A DNA stretch of 64,000 bases from contig CAWFSF010000006.1 in the NCBI GenBank assembly GCA_963818475.1, positions 608,001 to 672,000 on the forward strand, written 5' to 3'. Below the pieces are notes generated by a model, which saw only the letters and a program-made list of their open reading frames with translations, did not search any database and was not told where the DNA came from. This stretch comes from Nitrospirota bacterium (lineage in GTDB: Bacteria; Nitrospirota; UBA9217). This document shows, one piece after another, positions 21,332-30,822 of the stretch (the stretch's first letter is position 1; each line of letters begins with the position of its first letter). A program made the translations under genes and the position numbers.

Positions 21332-21980
21332 ATGGCACAAGAACTGACGAAAGAATGGAGCCTCGGCTACATTCTTGAACACTGGACGAGGGTGATCTCC
21401 ATAGCCGTGCTTACCGTTACGGGTTTCTATATTCACTGGCCCTTCATAGCCGGCGGACCTGAGAGCTTTATCATGGCCTGGATGCGGTTCTTTCACTTTA
21501 TTGCCGCCTATGCGCTTATTTTGGGCCTAGTGGTCAGGATCTATATGGCACTCCGGTCGACCTTTGACGCAGACTGGAAAGACTTTATGTCCCTGGACAA
21601 TCTTAAAAACCTGCCGGATATCACGGGGTACTATCTCTTCATGCGTGATTCACACAAGGAGTATCGGAGGTATAATCCGCTTCAGGCACTCGCGTATCTG
21701 GCCGTCGCCGCCATGATCGTGTTCACGGTGTTGACCGGCGCAGCCATGTATCATGGAAACCTCTTCGGGATCATACCCTGCCCGGACAGTTTCCGCTGGG
21801 TGAATCGCCTTCTGGGCGGTGAGTCCATTACCCGCATCCTGCATATTTTCGCCATGTGGTTCTTTATAATTTTCACCCTGATCCATGTATACATGAGCAT
21901 CATGATCACCATGGTGAATAAAGACGGTACTATCTGCGTCGATCTTTAACGGCTATAAGCTTAAAAAGCATTCCAAATGA
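21332..21980 (+). CDS. Hydrogenase b-type cytochrome subunit (3' frameshift near 21935)
   Basis: EHW, RFFH, YNPLQ, LHIF..IHVY; corrected end SIFNGYK...TGA overlaps the next ATG. Confidence 0.88.
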
Positions 21981-22484
21981 CCTCAGCTGAACAGATCCGG
22001 GGAGGCGTCTACAACGCCTCCCCAAAAAATTCTCATCCTCGGTGTCGGCAACCTGCTTCTCAGGGACGATGGTTTCGGCGTTCACCTCATCAACTCCCTG
22101 AAGAGCACTGCTTTGCCCGCCACGGTGGAGCTGCTCGAGGCCGGGACGGTGAGCCATCAGCTGATCCCCCGACTTCACGAGATCGATCACCTTATCGTCA
22201 TCGATGTTGTTGAAGCAGACGACACTCCGGGGTCGCTCTTCCGCTTTTCTCCGGACGACATGAGATTCCCGATCGAACAGAAGGCATCCCTGCATCAGAT
22301 CAGCCTCATAGACGTTCTCAATATGGCAGCGCTGACCGGAACAAAACCAAAGACCGTCATCATCGGCGTTCAGCCAAAAGACGTGACATCATGGTCCATG
22401 GAGCTCAGTGACGAGCTCAAGGCTGTGATACCGCGGGTGAAAGAACTTGTTTTCGAAGAATTGAAAAAGATCAACGCAGTATGA
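21977..22484 (+). CDS. Hydrogenase maturation endopeptidase (HyaD/HybD family; 5' frameshift)
   Basis: ILILGVGNLLLRDDGFG in the downstream frame, SLHQ, IIGVQP. Confidence 0.88.
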
Positions 22485-22606
22485 AGGCACGGCACATCGG
22501 GAGATGACCTGCCTTTCCCGGCGCTTGACAGTGCTTTAAAGATGTGCGATAAATTACTCATGCAGAATTTCCCGCGAATTGACGACCTCTGTGATCGGAA
22601 TGACCA

Positions 22607-23146
22607 ATGTGCCTTGCAATCCCTTCGAGAATAATCAGCATCGATAACATGTCGGCAATCATTGATGTGTTCGGCGCACGCAAGGAAGTGAACATTATGC
22701 TTCTGCCTGTCGAGCCTAAATCAGGAGACTATGTCCTTGTCCATGCGGGTTTTGCGATCCAGATGGTGGATAAGGACATCGTCGAGTCAGGAAAATCCAT
22801 GCACGAAACAGCTCTTGCTCTGAGTATCCTTGATGTCGTTGTGGAAAAATGCCGCGAAGCCGGCGGTCATACGGTCGACCAGGTCCGGCTCAGGATCGGC
22901 CTGGCTGCGGGTGTCATGCCGGAAGCACTGAGCTTTGCTTTTGATGCTGCCAAGGCCACGACAGTGGCAGAACATGCGGAACTGATCATTGAGCGGGTTC
23001 CTGTCTCCGGTGTATGCAACGAATGCAAGAAAGACTTCACGGTCCAGGATGTTCAGTATGTTTTTTCGTGCCCCCTGTGCAACTCGAAGTTCATTGATAT
23101 AAAAACCGGGCGCGAGATGGAGATCGTCGATATGGAGATCAACTGA
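22607..23146 (+). CDS. hypC-hypA: In-frame HypC-HypA fusion protein
   Basis: MCLAIP...GDYVLVHAGFAI (HypC) continues without a stop into MHE...CNEC...CPLC...TGRE (HypA, ATG at 22799). Confidence 0.85.
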   Translation: MCLAIPSRIISIDNMSAIIDVFGARKEVNIMLLPVEPKSGDYVLVHAGFAIQMVDKDIVESGKSMHETALALSILDVVVEKCREAGGHTVDQVRLRIGLAAGVMPEALSFAFDAAKATTVAEHAELIIERVPVSGVCNECKKDFTVQDVQYVFSCPLCNSKFIDIKTGREMEIVDMEIN

Positions 23147-23209
23147 GGAACGGATCGGAAAGTAGGAAGTTGGGAAGGTAAGAAGGTAGGAAAGGGATGG
23201 TACGCCTGC

Positions 23210-23855
23210 GTGAAAGTTAAAGTTGTTACTCGCATTCTGGAAGCAAATGACCGCATTGCAGAAGAGAATCGGAAACGATTCCAGGATGCCGGGGTGTATG
23301 TGGTCAATCTGATGGGTGCGCCAGGAGCCGGCAAGACGACCCTTCTTGAACGGACGATCCAGGCGCTTAAACCGCATCTGAAGATCGGTGTGATCGAAGG
23401 GGACATCGTCGGAAGCGATGATGCCGAACGTATCGGCGCCCTCGGTGTGCCGGTGGTCCAGATCAACACCGGCGGGGCCTGTCACCTCGATGCGAATATG
23501 ATCAGCGAAGTGCTGCCTGATTTTCCGCTCAAGGAACCTGGACCTGTTGATCATTGAGAACGTCGGGAACCTCGTCTGCCCGGCTGAATTCAAGGTCGGC
23601 GAGGACATCAAAATGATGGTCCTGTCGGTCGCCGAAGGCCACGATAAACCGCTCAAGTATCCTCTCATGTTCCGCGAGTCTTCGGCATTGGTCCTGAACA
23701 AGATCGACCTCCTGCCCTACATGAACACGGATATGAACAAGGTCCGGAACGATTCCCTGGCGCTCAATCCACAGTTGAAGATATTCGAGGTCTCGTGCTC
23801 CACCGGCGCTGGCATCGAAGCATGGGCTCAATGGTTGAACGGGCTCAGCTCATAG
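23210..23855 (+). CDS. hypB: Hydrogenase nickel incorporation GTPase (frameshift near 23535)
   Basis: GAPGAGKT, GACHLDA, IENVGNLVCPA, KPLKYP, NKIDL. Confidence 0.93.
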
Positions 23856-26336
23856 TCAAAGGAGTCGTACAGGGCGTTGGGTTCAGGCCCTCAGTATATA
23901 AGCTTGCCACGGGTCTGCGGCTTACCGGCTACGTAACGAATACGAGCGAAGGCGTTCTTATCGAAGTGGAAGGCGCCGACATCCCGGAATTTGTGCGACG
24001 CCTTCGCGCCGAAGCCCCGCCGCTTTCCGATATCACCGATATTTCGATTGCCAGACTACCCTTACAGGGTTATACTGATTTTACGATTCGTCCCAGCACT
24101 GACAATACTGTTGGTCAGCCCTTCACGCTTGTTTCTCCCGATGTTTCGATATGCGACGATTGTCTTCATGAACTGCTCGATCCTGACAACAGGCGCTACC
24201 TGTACCCGTTCATCAACTGCACGAACTGCGGCCCCCGTTATTCCATCACCAAATCCGTTCCTTATGACCGGCCAAACACCACCATGGCCGGGTTCACCCT
24301 TTGCCCCGATTGTCTCAGGGAATATCGTGATCCTGGCGACCGAAGATATCACGCCCAGCCGAATGCCTGTCCCGTCTGCGGACCACGGGTGGAATTTAGA
24401 ATGCGGAATGCGGAATGCGGAGTTCCCCCTCACCCAGACCCTCTCCCCGAGGGGGCGAGGGAAATAAAAGAAATTCCTCTCCCCTCCGGGGAAAGGATAA
24501 AGGTGAGGGGAAATGATGCAATTTCTGAGTGCATAAAACTTCTCCAGCAGGGCGGTATCGTTGCGATCAAAGGGCTTGGGGGATTTCATATCGCCTGCGA
24601 TGCTGCCAATGATGGAGCGGTACGGAGATTACGGGAGAACAAACGAAAAAGCAATAAACCCTTCGCAGTGATGTCACTATCTATTAATGATATCAATCAA
24701 TTTTGCATAGTATCACGACAAGAACAGTACCTTCTCATGACCAACCGACGACCGGTGGTGCTGTCTGCAAGAAGAAAGCAGGCGATCCTCTTTCAAATGC
24801 AGTTTCGCCGAACAATCGTTATGTGGGCGTTATGCTGCCCTATACGCCACTTCACCATCTTTTGTTCACCTATCCGATAACGGCAGGAAATCCCGCTGGT
24901 CAGTCACACTTCAAAGCACTGGTCATGACGAGCGGCAATCTCTCGGAGGAGCCGATCGTGCGGGACAACGATGAGGCCGTTAAGAAGCTTTCAGGGATGG
25001 TCGACGGTTTTCTTTTTCATGATCGGGACATATTCATGCGGGTGGATGATTCAGTGGTTCGATTGCGGAATGCGGATTGCGGATTGCGGAATGAAAACAA
25101 CTCCGAACTCCCAACTCCCAACTCCGAACTGATGTTTCTCAGAAGATCTCGCGGTTACGCTCCGGGACCGATCGCTCTCCGTGACGACGGGCCTGAGGTG
25201 CTTGGTGTCGGTGCTGATCTCAAGAACACGTTTACGCTGACCAAGGGAAGATTTGCCATTCCGAGCCAGCATATCGGCGACATGGAAAATTACGAGACAA
25301 TAAAGTTCTTCGAAGAATGCCTGGCAAATCTCAAGGCAGTGTACCGGGCTGAGCCGGTGGCGGTTGTTCACGATCTGCACCCCGGCTATTTGTCGACGCA
25401 ATGGGCGATCGAATCCGCAATCCGCAATCCGAAATCCGCAATGAAACTCTTCGCGCATCCAGCATCATTACGCCCATATCGGATCTGTCATGGCGGAACA
25501 TGGTCTGACCAATAAGGTCATTGGTGTTGCTTTCGATGGCACCGGTTATGGTACTGACGGCAATCTCTGGGGCGGGGAGTTCCTGATCGCAGACTGTGAC
25601 GGGTTCGAACGTGTTGGACAGTTCAAATATGTACCGTTGCCGGGCGGAGAGGCAGCGATCCGGGAACCCTGGAAAACCGCGGTCAGCTATATCGTTGAAG
25701 CCAAAGGCAGAGATGCAGGTGCGACACTAGAGGACATCGGATTTATCGAAAAATACGGAGCAAAGGAAATAGAACAATTAATGATCATCGCCCGGTCCAG
25801 GGATTTTTCACCGCTGTCGTCCGGCGCCGGAAGGTTGTTCGATGCCGTTTCAGCCCTGATCGGGGTTTGCGACCACAATACCTTCGAAGGCGAGGCAGCC
25901 ATGGCGTTGGAATCATTGACCCGTGACGGAATAGATGGCGAGTACGTGGTTGAGTTGAAGCAGGAAAACAGCTATACTGTGCTGGATTTTTCCGGGACCA
26001 TAGGCGGCATTCTACGCGACATGAGCAGGAAGATACCCAAGGAAGAAATATCAACAAAGTTCCATAATACCATAGCCTCGATCATCCGGACCATGGTGCG
26101 TCGGTTACAAGCAGCCTACGGCATCTCAGATGTCGCGTTGAGCGGCGGAACTTTTCAAAACCTCTATCTTCTGAACAGAACGATCCGACTGCTTTCCCAG
26201 GATGGAATGAATGTGTATCGGAACGAAAAAGTTCCCTGCAATGACGCCTGCATCTCACTGGGGCAGGCGTTCTTGATAAGGGAACGGCTGCAAGAAGTTG
26301 CGGAGTTCAGAGTTCGGAGTGCGGAGACAAGAATGA
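23831..26336 (+). CDS. hypF: Carbamoyltransferase HypF (several frameshifts; in-frame repeat insertions)
   Basis: GVVQGVGFRP, CTNCGPR, CPVCGP, KGLGG, TSGN, HDLHPGY, DGTGYG, PCND across three ORFs; probable TGA overlapping the hypD ATG. Confidence 0.92.
24393..24510. repeat. Heptamer array plus CCCTCACCC...GGTGAGGGG REP-like palindrome, in-frame inside hypF
   Basis: (AATGCGG)3 then CCCCCTCACCC..CCCTCTCCCCGAGGGGGCGAGGG...CCTCTCCCCTCCGGGGAAAGG..GGTGAGGGG; intergenic relative at 27434-27482. Confidence 0.8.
25062..25130. repeat. Inverted pair of heptamer arrays inside hypF
   Basis: (AWTGCGG)4 ... (AACTCCS)4, encoding LRNADCGLRNENNSELPTPNSEL. Confidence 0.8.
25411..25442 (+). repeat. Heptamer array (NAATCCG)4 inside hypF
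   Basis: Encodes ESAIRNPKSAM. Confidence 0.85.
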
Positions 26337-27392
26337 AGCAAATGCTCAATGAATTGAAATGTTCTGATGGACGGTATCAACCGGCCCCTGAAGCTCATGG
26401 AGGTCTGCGGAACGCATACGGTTGAGATCTTCAGGCACGGAATACGCGGCGTGATCCCGAAGACCATCACCCTCCTGAGCGGGCCCGGTTGCCCGGTCTG
26501 CGTCACGTCGATCCATGATGTTGATATGGCGATCGCGATCGCCAAGCGGCCGGAGGTGGTCCTCGTGACCTTTGGCGACATGATGCGCGTTCCTGGCGGG
26601 AAAGAATCACTGCTTGAGGCGCGCTCCGAGGGGGCCGACGTCCGTGTCATGTATTCACCCATGGATGCGCTGAAGCTTGCTCAATCAGAAAAGAGCAAGC
26701 AGGTCGTTTTTTTCGCTACCGGGTTCGAGACAACTTCACCTTTGATCGCGGCAACCGTATTCGAAGCCGCCAGATTAGGTGTACCGAACTTCTCGATCTT
26801 CTCATCGCACAAACTCGTACCTCCTGCGCTCAAGGCATTGCTCGATTCTCCCGATGTCAAGGTGGACGGTTTTATACTGCCCGGCCATGTGAGCACCATC
26901 ATCGGGAAAAAACCCTATGAGTTCGTGGCAGCTCAGTACCGTATACCGTCGGTCATCACAGGATTCGAAGCCAAAGAGATCATCGAAGGCATCCTTATGA
27001 TCGTCAGGCAGATCGCGCAGAAAAGGGCTGAGATAGAGATCCAGTACCGGAACATCGTGAAGGAAGAAGGGAACCCCAGGGCGGTTGCTCTCCTGGAGCA
27101 GATATTTGAGCCGACTGATGCCTACTGGCGCGGCATCGGCGTTCTTCCCGGCAGCGGTCTCAAACTTCGACAGAACTATGCCGCTTTTGATGCTGTAGCA
27201 CGGTTCAACCCCGATGTCTCGAACGAGCCGGAACCTGAGCTTTGCTCCTGCGGCGATATCCTGCGGGGTGTGAAGATCCCGACCGAATGCCCGCTCTTCG
27301 GCACCGGCTGCACACCGGACAATCCGGTGGGACCGTGCATGGTCAGTACTGAAGGCAGCTGCGCTGCGTATTATAAGTATGGGCAGCAGTAA
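26333..27392 (+). CDS. hypD: Hydrogenase maturation protein HypD (5' frameshift near 26358)
   Basis: MEVCGTH, GPGCPVC, GFETT, PGHVS, GPCMVSTEGSC. Confidence 0.95.
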
Positions 27393-27433
27393 GTACACCC
27401 GGGTTGACGTGTAGTCAAAACGGCGAATGAAAA

Positions 27434-27482
27434 CCCCTCACCCTACCCTCTCCCCTCGGGGGAGAGGATGAAGGTGAGGGGG
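27434..27482. repeat. REP-like palindrome, intergenic copy of the hypF insert
   Basis: CCCCTCACCCTACCCTCTCCCCTCGGGGGAGAGGATGAAGGTGAGGGG. Confidence 0.75.
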
Positions 27483-27500
27483 AATTTTCAGGTTAAAATT

Positions 27501-28496
27501 ATGGATAGAATTCTATTAGGACACGGCAGCGGCGGCAAGATGATGCACCAGCTGATCCGCGAACACTTCAGCCCGGCCTTCGGCATAGAAGGCACTGGTG
27601 ATTCCGCTATCGTAAATGTGCCGTCGAAACGCCTCGCCTATACAACCGATTCCTATGTGGTCACTCCGCTTTTCTTTCCCGGCGGCAACATCGGCGATCT
27701 TGCCGTCTGCGGGACCGTGAACGACCTCGCTGTTGCAGGCGCTGAACCGCTCTTCCTTACTGCCGGTTTTATCATTGAAGAAGGGTTCCCTCTTGCCGAT
27801 CTCAAAAAGATCATCGCCTCCATGGCAGCAGCGGCAAAGCTGGCGAATGTGCGGATCGTTGCAGGCGACACCAAGGTCGTGAACAAGGGCAAGGCGGACG
27901 GCATATTTATCAATACGTCCGGAGTAGGTGTTCTCAGGGATGGAGTGGAGATCGCGACATCGAGGATCAAAACGGGGGACAAGGTCATTATCAGCGGAGA
28001 GATCGGCAACCACGGTGTGGCGATCCTTGCCGAACGCAACGGCCTCACCTTCGAGCCTCCGGTGCAGACTGATTCCCGTCCGCTTAACGATCTTGTCCAA
28101 AAGATGCTTGCTGCCGCGAGCGACATCCATTTCATGCGGGACCCAACACGGGGAGGACTTGCAACAACGCTGAAAGAGGCGGCCCTTGAATCAGGCTTGT
28201 GTATCAAGATCCAGGAGACTGCCCTGCCCATTCCTCCCCAGGTAAAAGGCGCTTGCGGGCTTCTTGGGCTTGACCCGCTCTATGTCGCGAATGAAGGCAT
28301 TCTCATTGCTATTCTGGAGAAACAGCACGCCGATGCCGTAGTCACCGCCATGAAAAACCATCCCTTTGGCCGGAGCACTGCGATCATCGGTGACGTGGTC
28401 GAAGCGCCAACAGGCATGGTGCTGCTCGAGACTTCCATTGGCGGCAGCCGTATTATTGATATGCTGCCGGGCGAGCAGTTGCCGAGGATCTGTTGA
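27501..28496 (+). CDS. hypE: Carbamoyl dehydratase HypE
   Basis: HGSGG, GDTKVV, RDPTRGG, C-terminal PRIC. Confidence 0.96.
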   Translation: MDRILLGHGSGGKMMHQLIREHFSPAFGIEGTGDSAIVNVPSKRLAYTTDSYVVTPLFFPGGNIGDLAVCGTVNDLAVAGAEPLFLTAGFIIEEGFPLADLKKIIASMAAAAKLANVRIVAGDTKVVNKGKADGIFINTSGVGVLRDGVEIATSRIKTGDKVIISGEIGNHGVAILAERNGLTFEPPVQTDSRPLNDLVQKMLAAASDIHFMRDPTRGGLATTLKEAALESGLCIKIQETALPIPPQVKGACGLLGLDPLYVANEGILIAILEKQHADAVVTAMKNHPFGRSTAIIGDVVEAPTGMVLLETSIGGSRIIDMLPGEQLPRIC

Positions 28497-28552
28497 GATA
28501 GAGTCACTATTCCCCCTTTTTTCACCTCCATTTCTCTTGCCAAAATAACAAC

Positions 28553-28581
28553 TTGACTGTACATACTATTGTGCATATAAT
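28553..28581 (+). promoter_or_regulatory. Sigma70 promoter of brnTA with an imperfect palindrome in the spacer; probably a leaderless transcript
   Basis: TTGACT-N17-TATAAT ending 5 nt before the ATG; TGTACA...TGTGCA overlaps the spacer. Confidence 0.65.
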
Positions 28582-28586
28582 ATTCC

Positions 28587-28862
28587 ATGGAAATCGTGTG
28601 GGACCGCGATAAAGCGGCTGCCAACCCCAAAAGGCATGAAGGGGTGACCTTTGAAGAGGCCAAACAGGCGCTCTATGACCCTTTCGCGCTGACGCATGAG
28701 GACAAGGATGCCCGCGGGGAGCAACGGTTCGTGACTTTGGGTATGGGTGGGAAGGGTAGAATTCTGGTGGTGGTCTACACGTATCGGGAAGAAACAATAC
28801 GGCTTATTTCAGCATGGAAGGCGAAGGAGCCACAGCGGAGGAGATATGAAAAACAATTCTGA
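28587..28862 (+). CDS. brnT: BrnT family toxin
   Basis: WDRDKAAAN..HEGVTFEEA, EQRFVTLG, VVYTYR..IRLISA. Confidence 0.9.
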   Translation: MEIVWDRDKAAANPKRHEGVTFEEAKQALYDPFALTHEDKDARGEQRFVTLGMGGKGRILVVVYTYREETIRLISAWKAKEPQRRRYEKQF

Positions 28863-29184
28863 TAAGACCTATGCAAAGTTCAAGGATTACGATTTTGCCG
28901 ATGCAAAACCGGTTGCTAAAACACCACATCTGGAAAAGCTCCAGGCGTCGGCCGGTAAAAAGGCCCGTATTACCATGAGGGTTGACAGCAATGTCCTGGC
29001 CGCATTCAAAGCACGGGCGGAGATTTCCGGCGGCAGTTATCAGACGCTGATGAACGAAGCACTCAAACAGTTTGCTCACGGCCTGAATCTATCGGACGTA
29101 GTTCGTGATGTTGTCCGCGAGACACTGGAGAAGCACCTGACCAAGCGCTCAAGTGGGCGCGGCAAAAAGCGCCTCGCTGCTTAG
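28846..29184 (+). CDS. brnA: BrnA family antitoxin
   Basis: YDF..AK, ITMRVDSNVLAAFK, YQTLMNEAL; overlaps brnT. Confidence 0.88.
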   Translation: MKNNSDKTYAKFKDYDFADAKPVAKTPHLEKLQASAGKKARITMRVDSNVLAAFKARAEISGGSYQTLMNEALKQFAHGLNLSDVVRDVVRETLEKHLTKRSSGRGKKRLAA

Positions 29185-29198
29185 CAAAGCAGTTTGTA
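29135..29198 (+). mobile_element. Degenerate integron attC site
   Basis: R'' ACCTGAC - 5 bp - L'' GCTCAAGT - hairpin - L' GCTTAGC - 6 bp - R' GTT; extrahelical C in L''. Confidence 0.65.
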
Positions 29199-29363
29199 GA
29201 CGGGTAGAGTTGAACGACCCGACCCGTCCGTTGAGTTACACTTCGCTTAACCCAATCTGATATTTAAGTACGACCGGGCAGAATTACAAGGCTGTGAACC
29301 ACGAACAGCAAAGTATCAAATAGCAACAACGTCACCAAGGACTCACCAGAGGAGGCGGGCAGA

Positions 29364-29654
29364 ATGAAAGCAAAAGTAGCAAAAAAAATGGTGACGGACA
29401 AGGAGTATTACGATAAGCGAGGCGTTCTCAGTGAAATACGGGAAGGCGAAGTCGCGCTGAGTCTTGATGACGCGCTCAGACAGGATATCCACTCGGGAAA
29501 GCGAAAAAGAAAATTACGAAACATTACAATCAAGCTCGACCCGCTCTACCTCTTGTCGATCAAAAAAGTCGCCACGAAGAAGGGAATTCCCTATCAAACC
29601 CTGGTGCGGCAGTGGGTCGCCGAGAATATCCGGAAAGAACTGAAGATAGCGTAG
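29364..29654 (+). CDS. Orphan CopG/BrnA-like antitoxin
   Basis: ITIKLDP..L.SIKKVATKKGIPYQTLVRQW; GGAGG RBS; no toxin ORF upstream. Confidence 0.75.
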   Translation: MKAKVAKKMVTDKEYYDKRGVLSEIREGEVALSLDDALRQDIHSGKRKRKLRNITIKLDPLYLLSIKKVATKKGIPYQTLVRQWVAENIRKELKIA

Positions 29655-29822
29655 GGGGAAAGCATAATTAGAAACAACGGCCCTCTTGCCGGTTCAATCT
29701 GGCAGATTGAACCAGTCTATTAATGTGCGGTTCAGGCTACAAGCCCGAACCAGCGAAGACCTTCAACGTCTTGCCAGAAGATCCCGATGCAGTGTATTGT
29801 AGTACTATGTAGGAGGTGCGCA

Positions 29823-30041
29823 ATGAGATCAGTCCTGTCAATAAGCCTTCCTGACAAGCTTGCCCGCGAGCTCGACCAGTTCGCAAAGAGCCAGGGGCGG
29901 AATAAAAGCGATGTTGTCAAGGAATCGATCAGTATTTATCTTTGGGAATCCAGGTTTGGTGGCACGAGGAATAGCCTCACGGCAAAGACAAAAAAGAAGG
30001 GCATGGTGACGGACGAGGATATCTTCAAGGAAGTGTCGTGA
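29823..30041 (+). CDS. Ribbon-helix-helix (CopG) antitoxin
   Basis: SVLSISLPDKLARELDQFAKSQGRNKSDVVKE...TDEDIF; AGGAGG RBS. Confidence 0.8.
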   Translation: MRSVLSISLPDKLARELDQFAKSQGRNKSDVVKESISIYLWESRFGGTRNSLTAKTKKKGMVTDEDIFKEVS

Positions 30042-30175
30042 AGGCGTTCTTCGACACGAATGTGTCTCTCACAGTTTTTCTCACTGAAGAGGTCTTGCGA
30101 TTTATCGTGTTCGACGTCGAAGAGAGGTTTACCGATGTATTTTATTGTCATATCTTGAGAGAGAACGAGCAATGA
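30038..30175 (+). pseudogene. Truncated PIN-domain toxin remnant (45 codons)
   Basis: GTGA overlap with the antitoxin stop; begins MKAFFDTNV (PIN N-terminal motif) then diverges. Confidence 0.6.
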
Positions 30176-30696
30176 GCATTCTCGACACCATTAAAAACAG
30201 ACGAAGCGTTCGGGATTTTACGAATGAGGAAATATCCGGGAGCGCAATTGAGGCCCTGGTCGACGCCCTGCGGTGGGCGCCGAGCGCCGGTAATCTTCAA
30301 AGCAGGAAATTCTATTTTCTCTTTAATGAAGACGTCAGAAATAAACTGGCACAAACCGGCCTAAAACAGGACTTCGTCAGCTTCATCGCGCATGCGCCCC
30401 TTGTGGTGGTCGCCTGCGCGGACCGCCAAATCGCCTCGCGTTACGGCGAGAGGGGCATTCACCTCTACTGCATTCAGGATACGGCCGCAAGCATTCAGAA
30501 CCTGCTCCTTGCTGCGCACGAGCTCGGGATCGGCGCCTGCTGGGTAGGAGCGTTTAAAGAGGAAAAGGTGAGGGAAATTCTGAATCTGCCCGACAACCTG
30601 ATCCCTGTTGCCATCGTTCCCGTCGGATATCCGGCGCGCATTCCGAAAGCCCCTGATCGTGTATCCAGGCAGGGTGCCGTGGAAATGATCACATGA
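30172..30696 (+). CDS. Nitroreductase family protein
   Basis: RRSVRDF, APSAGNLQ, LAAHELGIGACWVGAF, VGYP. Confidence 0.9.
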   Translation: MSILDTIKNRRSVRDFTNEEISGSAIEALVDALRWAPSAGNLQSRKFYFLFNEDVRNKLAQTGLKQDFVSFIAHAPLVVVACADRQIASRYGERGIHLYCIQDTAASIQNLLLAAHELGIGACWVGAFKEEKVREILNLPDNLIPVAIVPVGYPARIPKAPDRVSRQGAVEMIT

Positions 30697-30822
30697 TGTT
30701 GAGGAATCGGGTGGTGTAACCGCTTTATTCCTGAAGTCTTTGACGTTTCCATCCTTACTAATACATGAAGTTGCAAGCCGTATTCTTCAGCAACATACCC
30801 TTCGAATCCCACATGGGAATCT

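Noticed and set aside
26280-26425. Apparent HypF-HypD readthrough or fusion
   Set aside because: An ATGA stop/start overlap at 26333-26336 fits separate genes once nearby single-base errors are corrected.
30790-30822. tRNA fragment or attachment site (TTCGAATCCC)
   Set aside because: Only a T-loop-like 10-mer; no cloverleaf or CCA end can be built.
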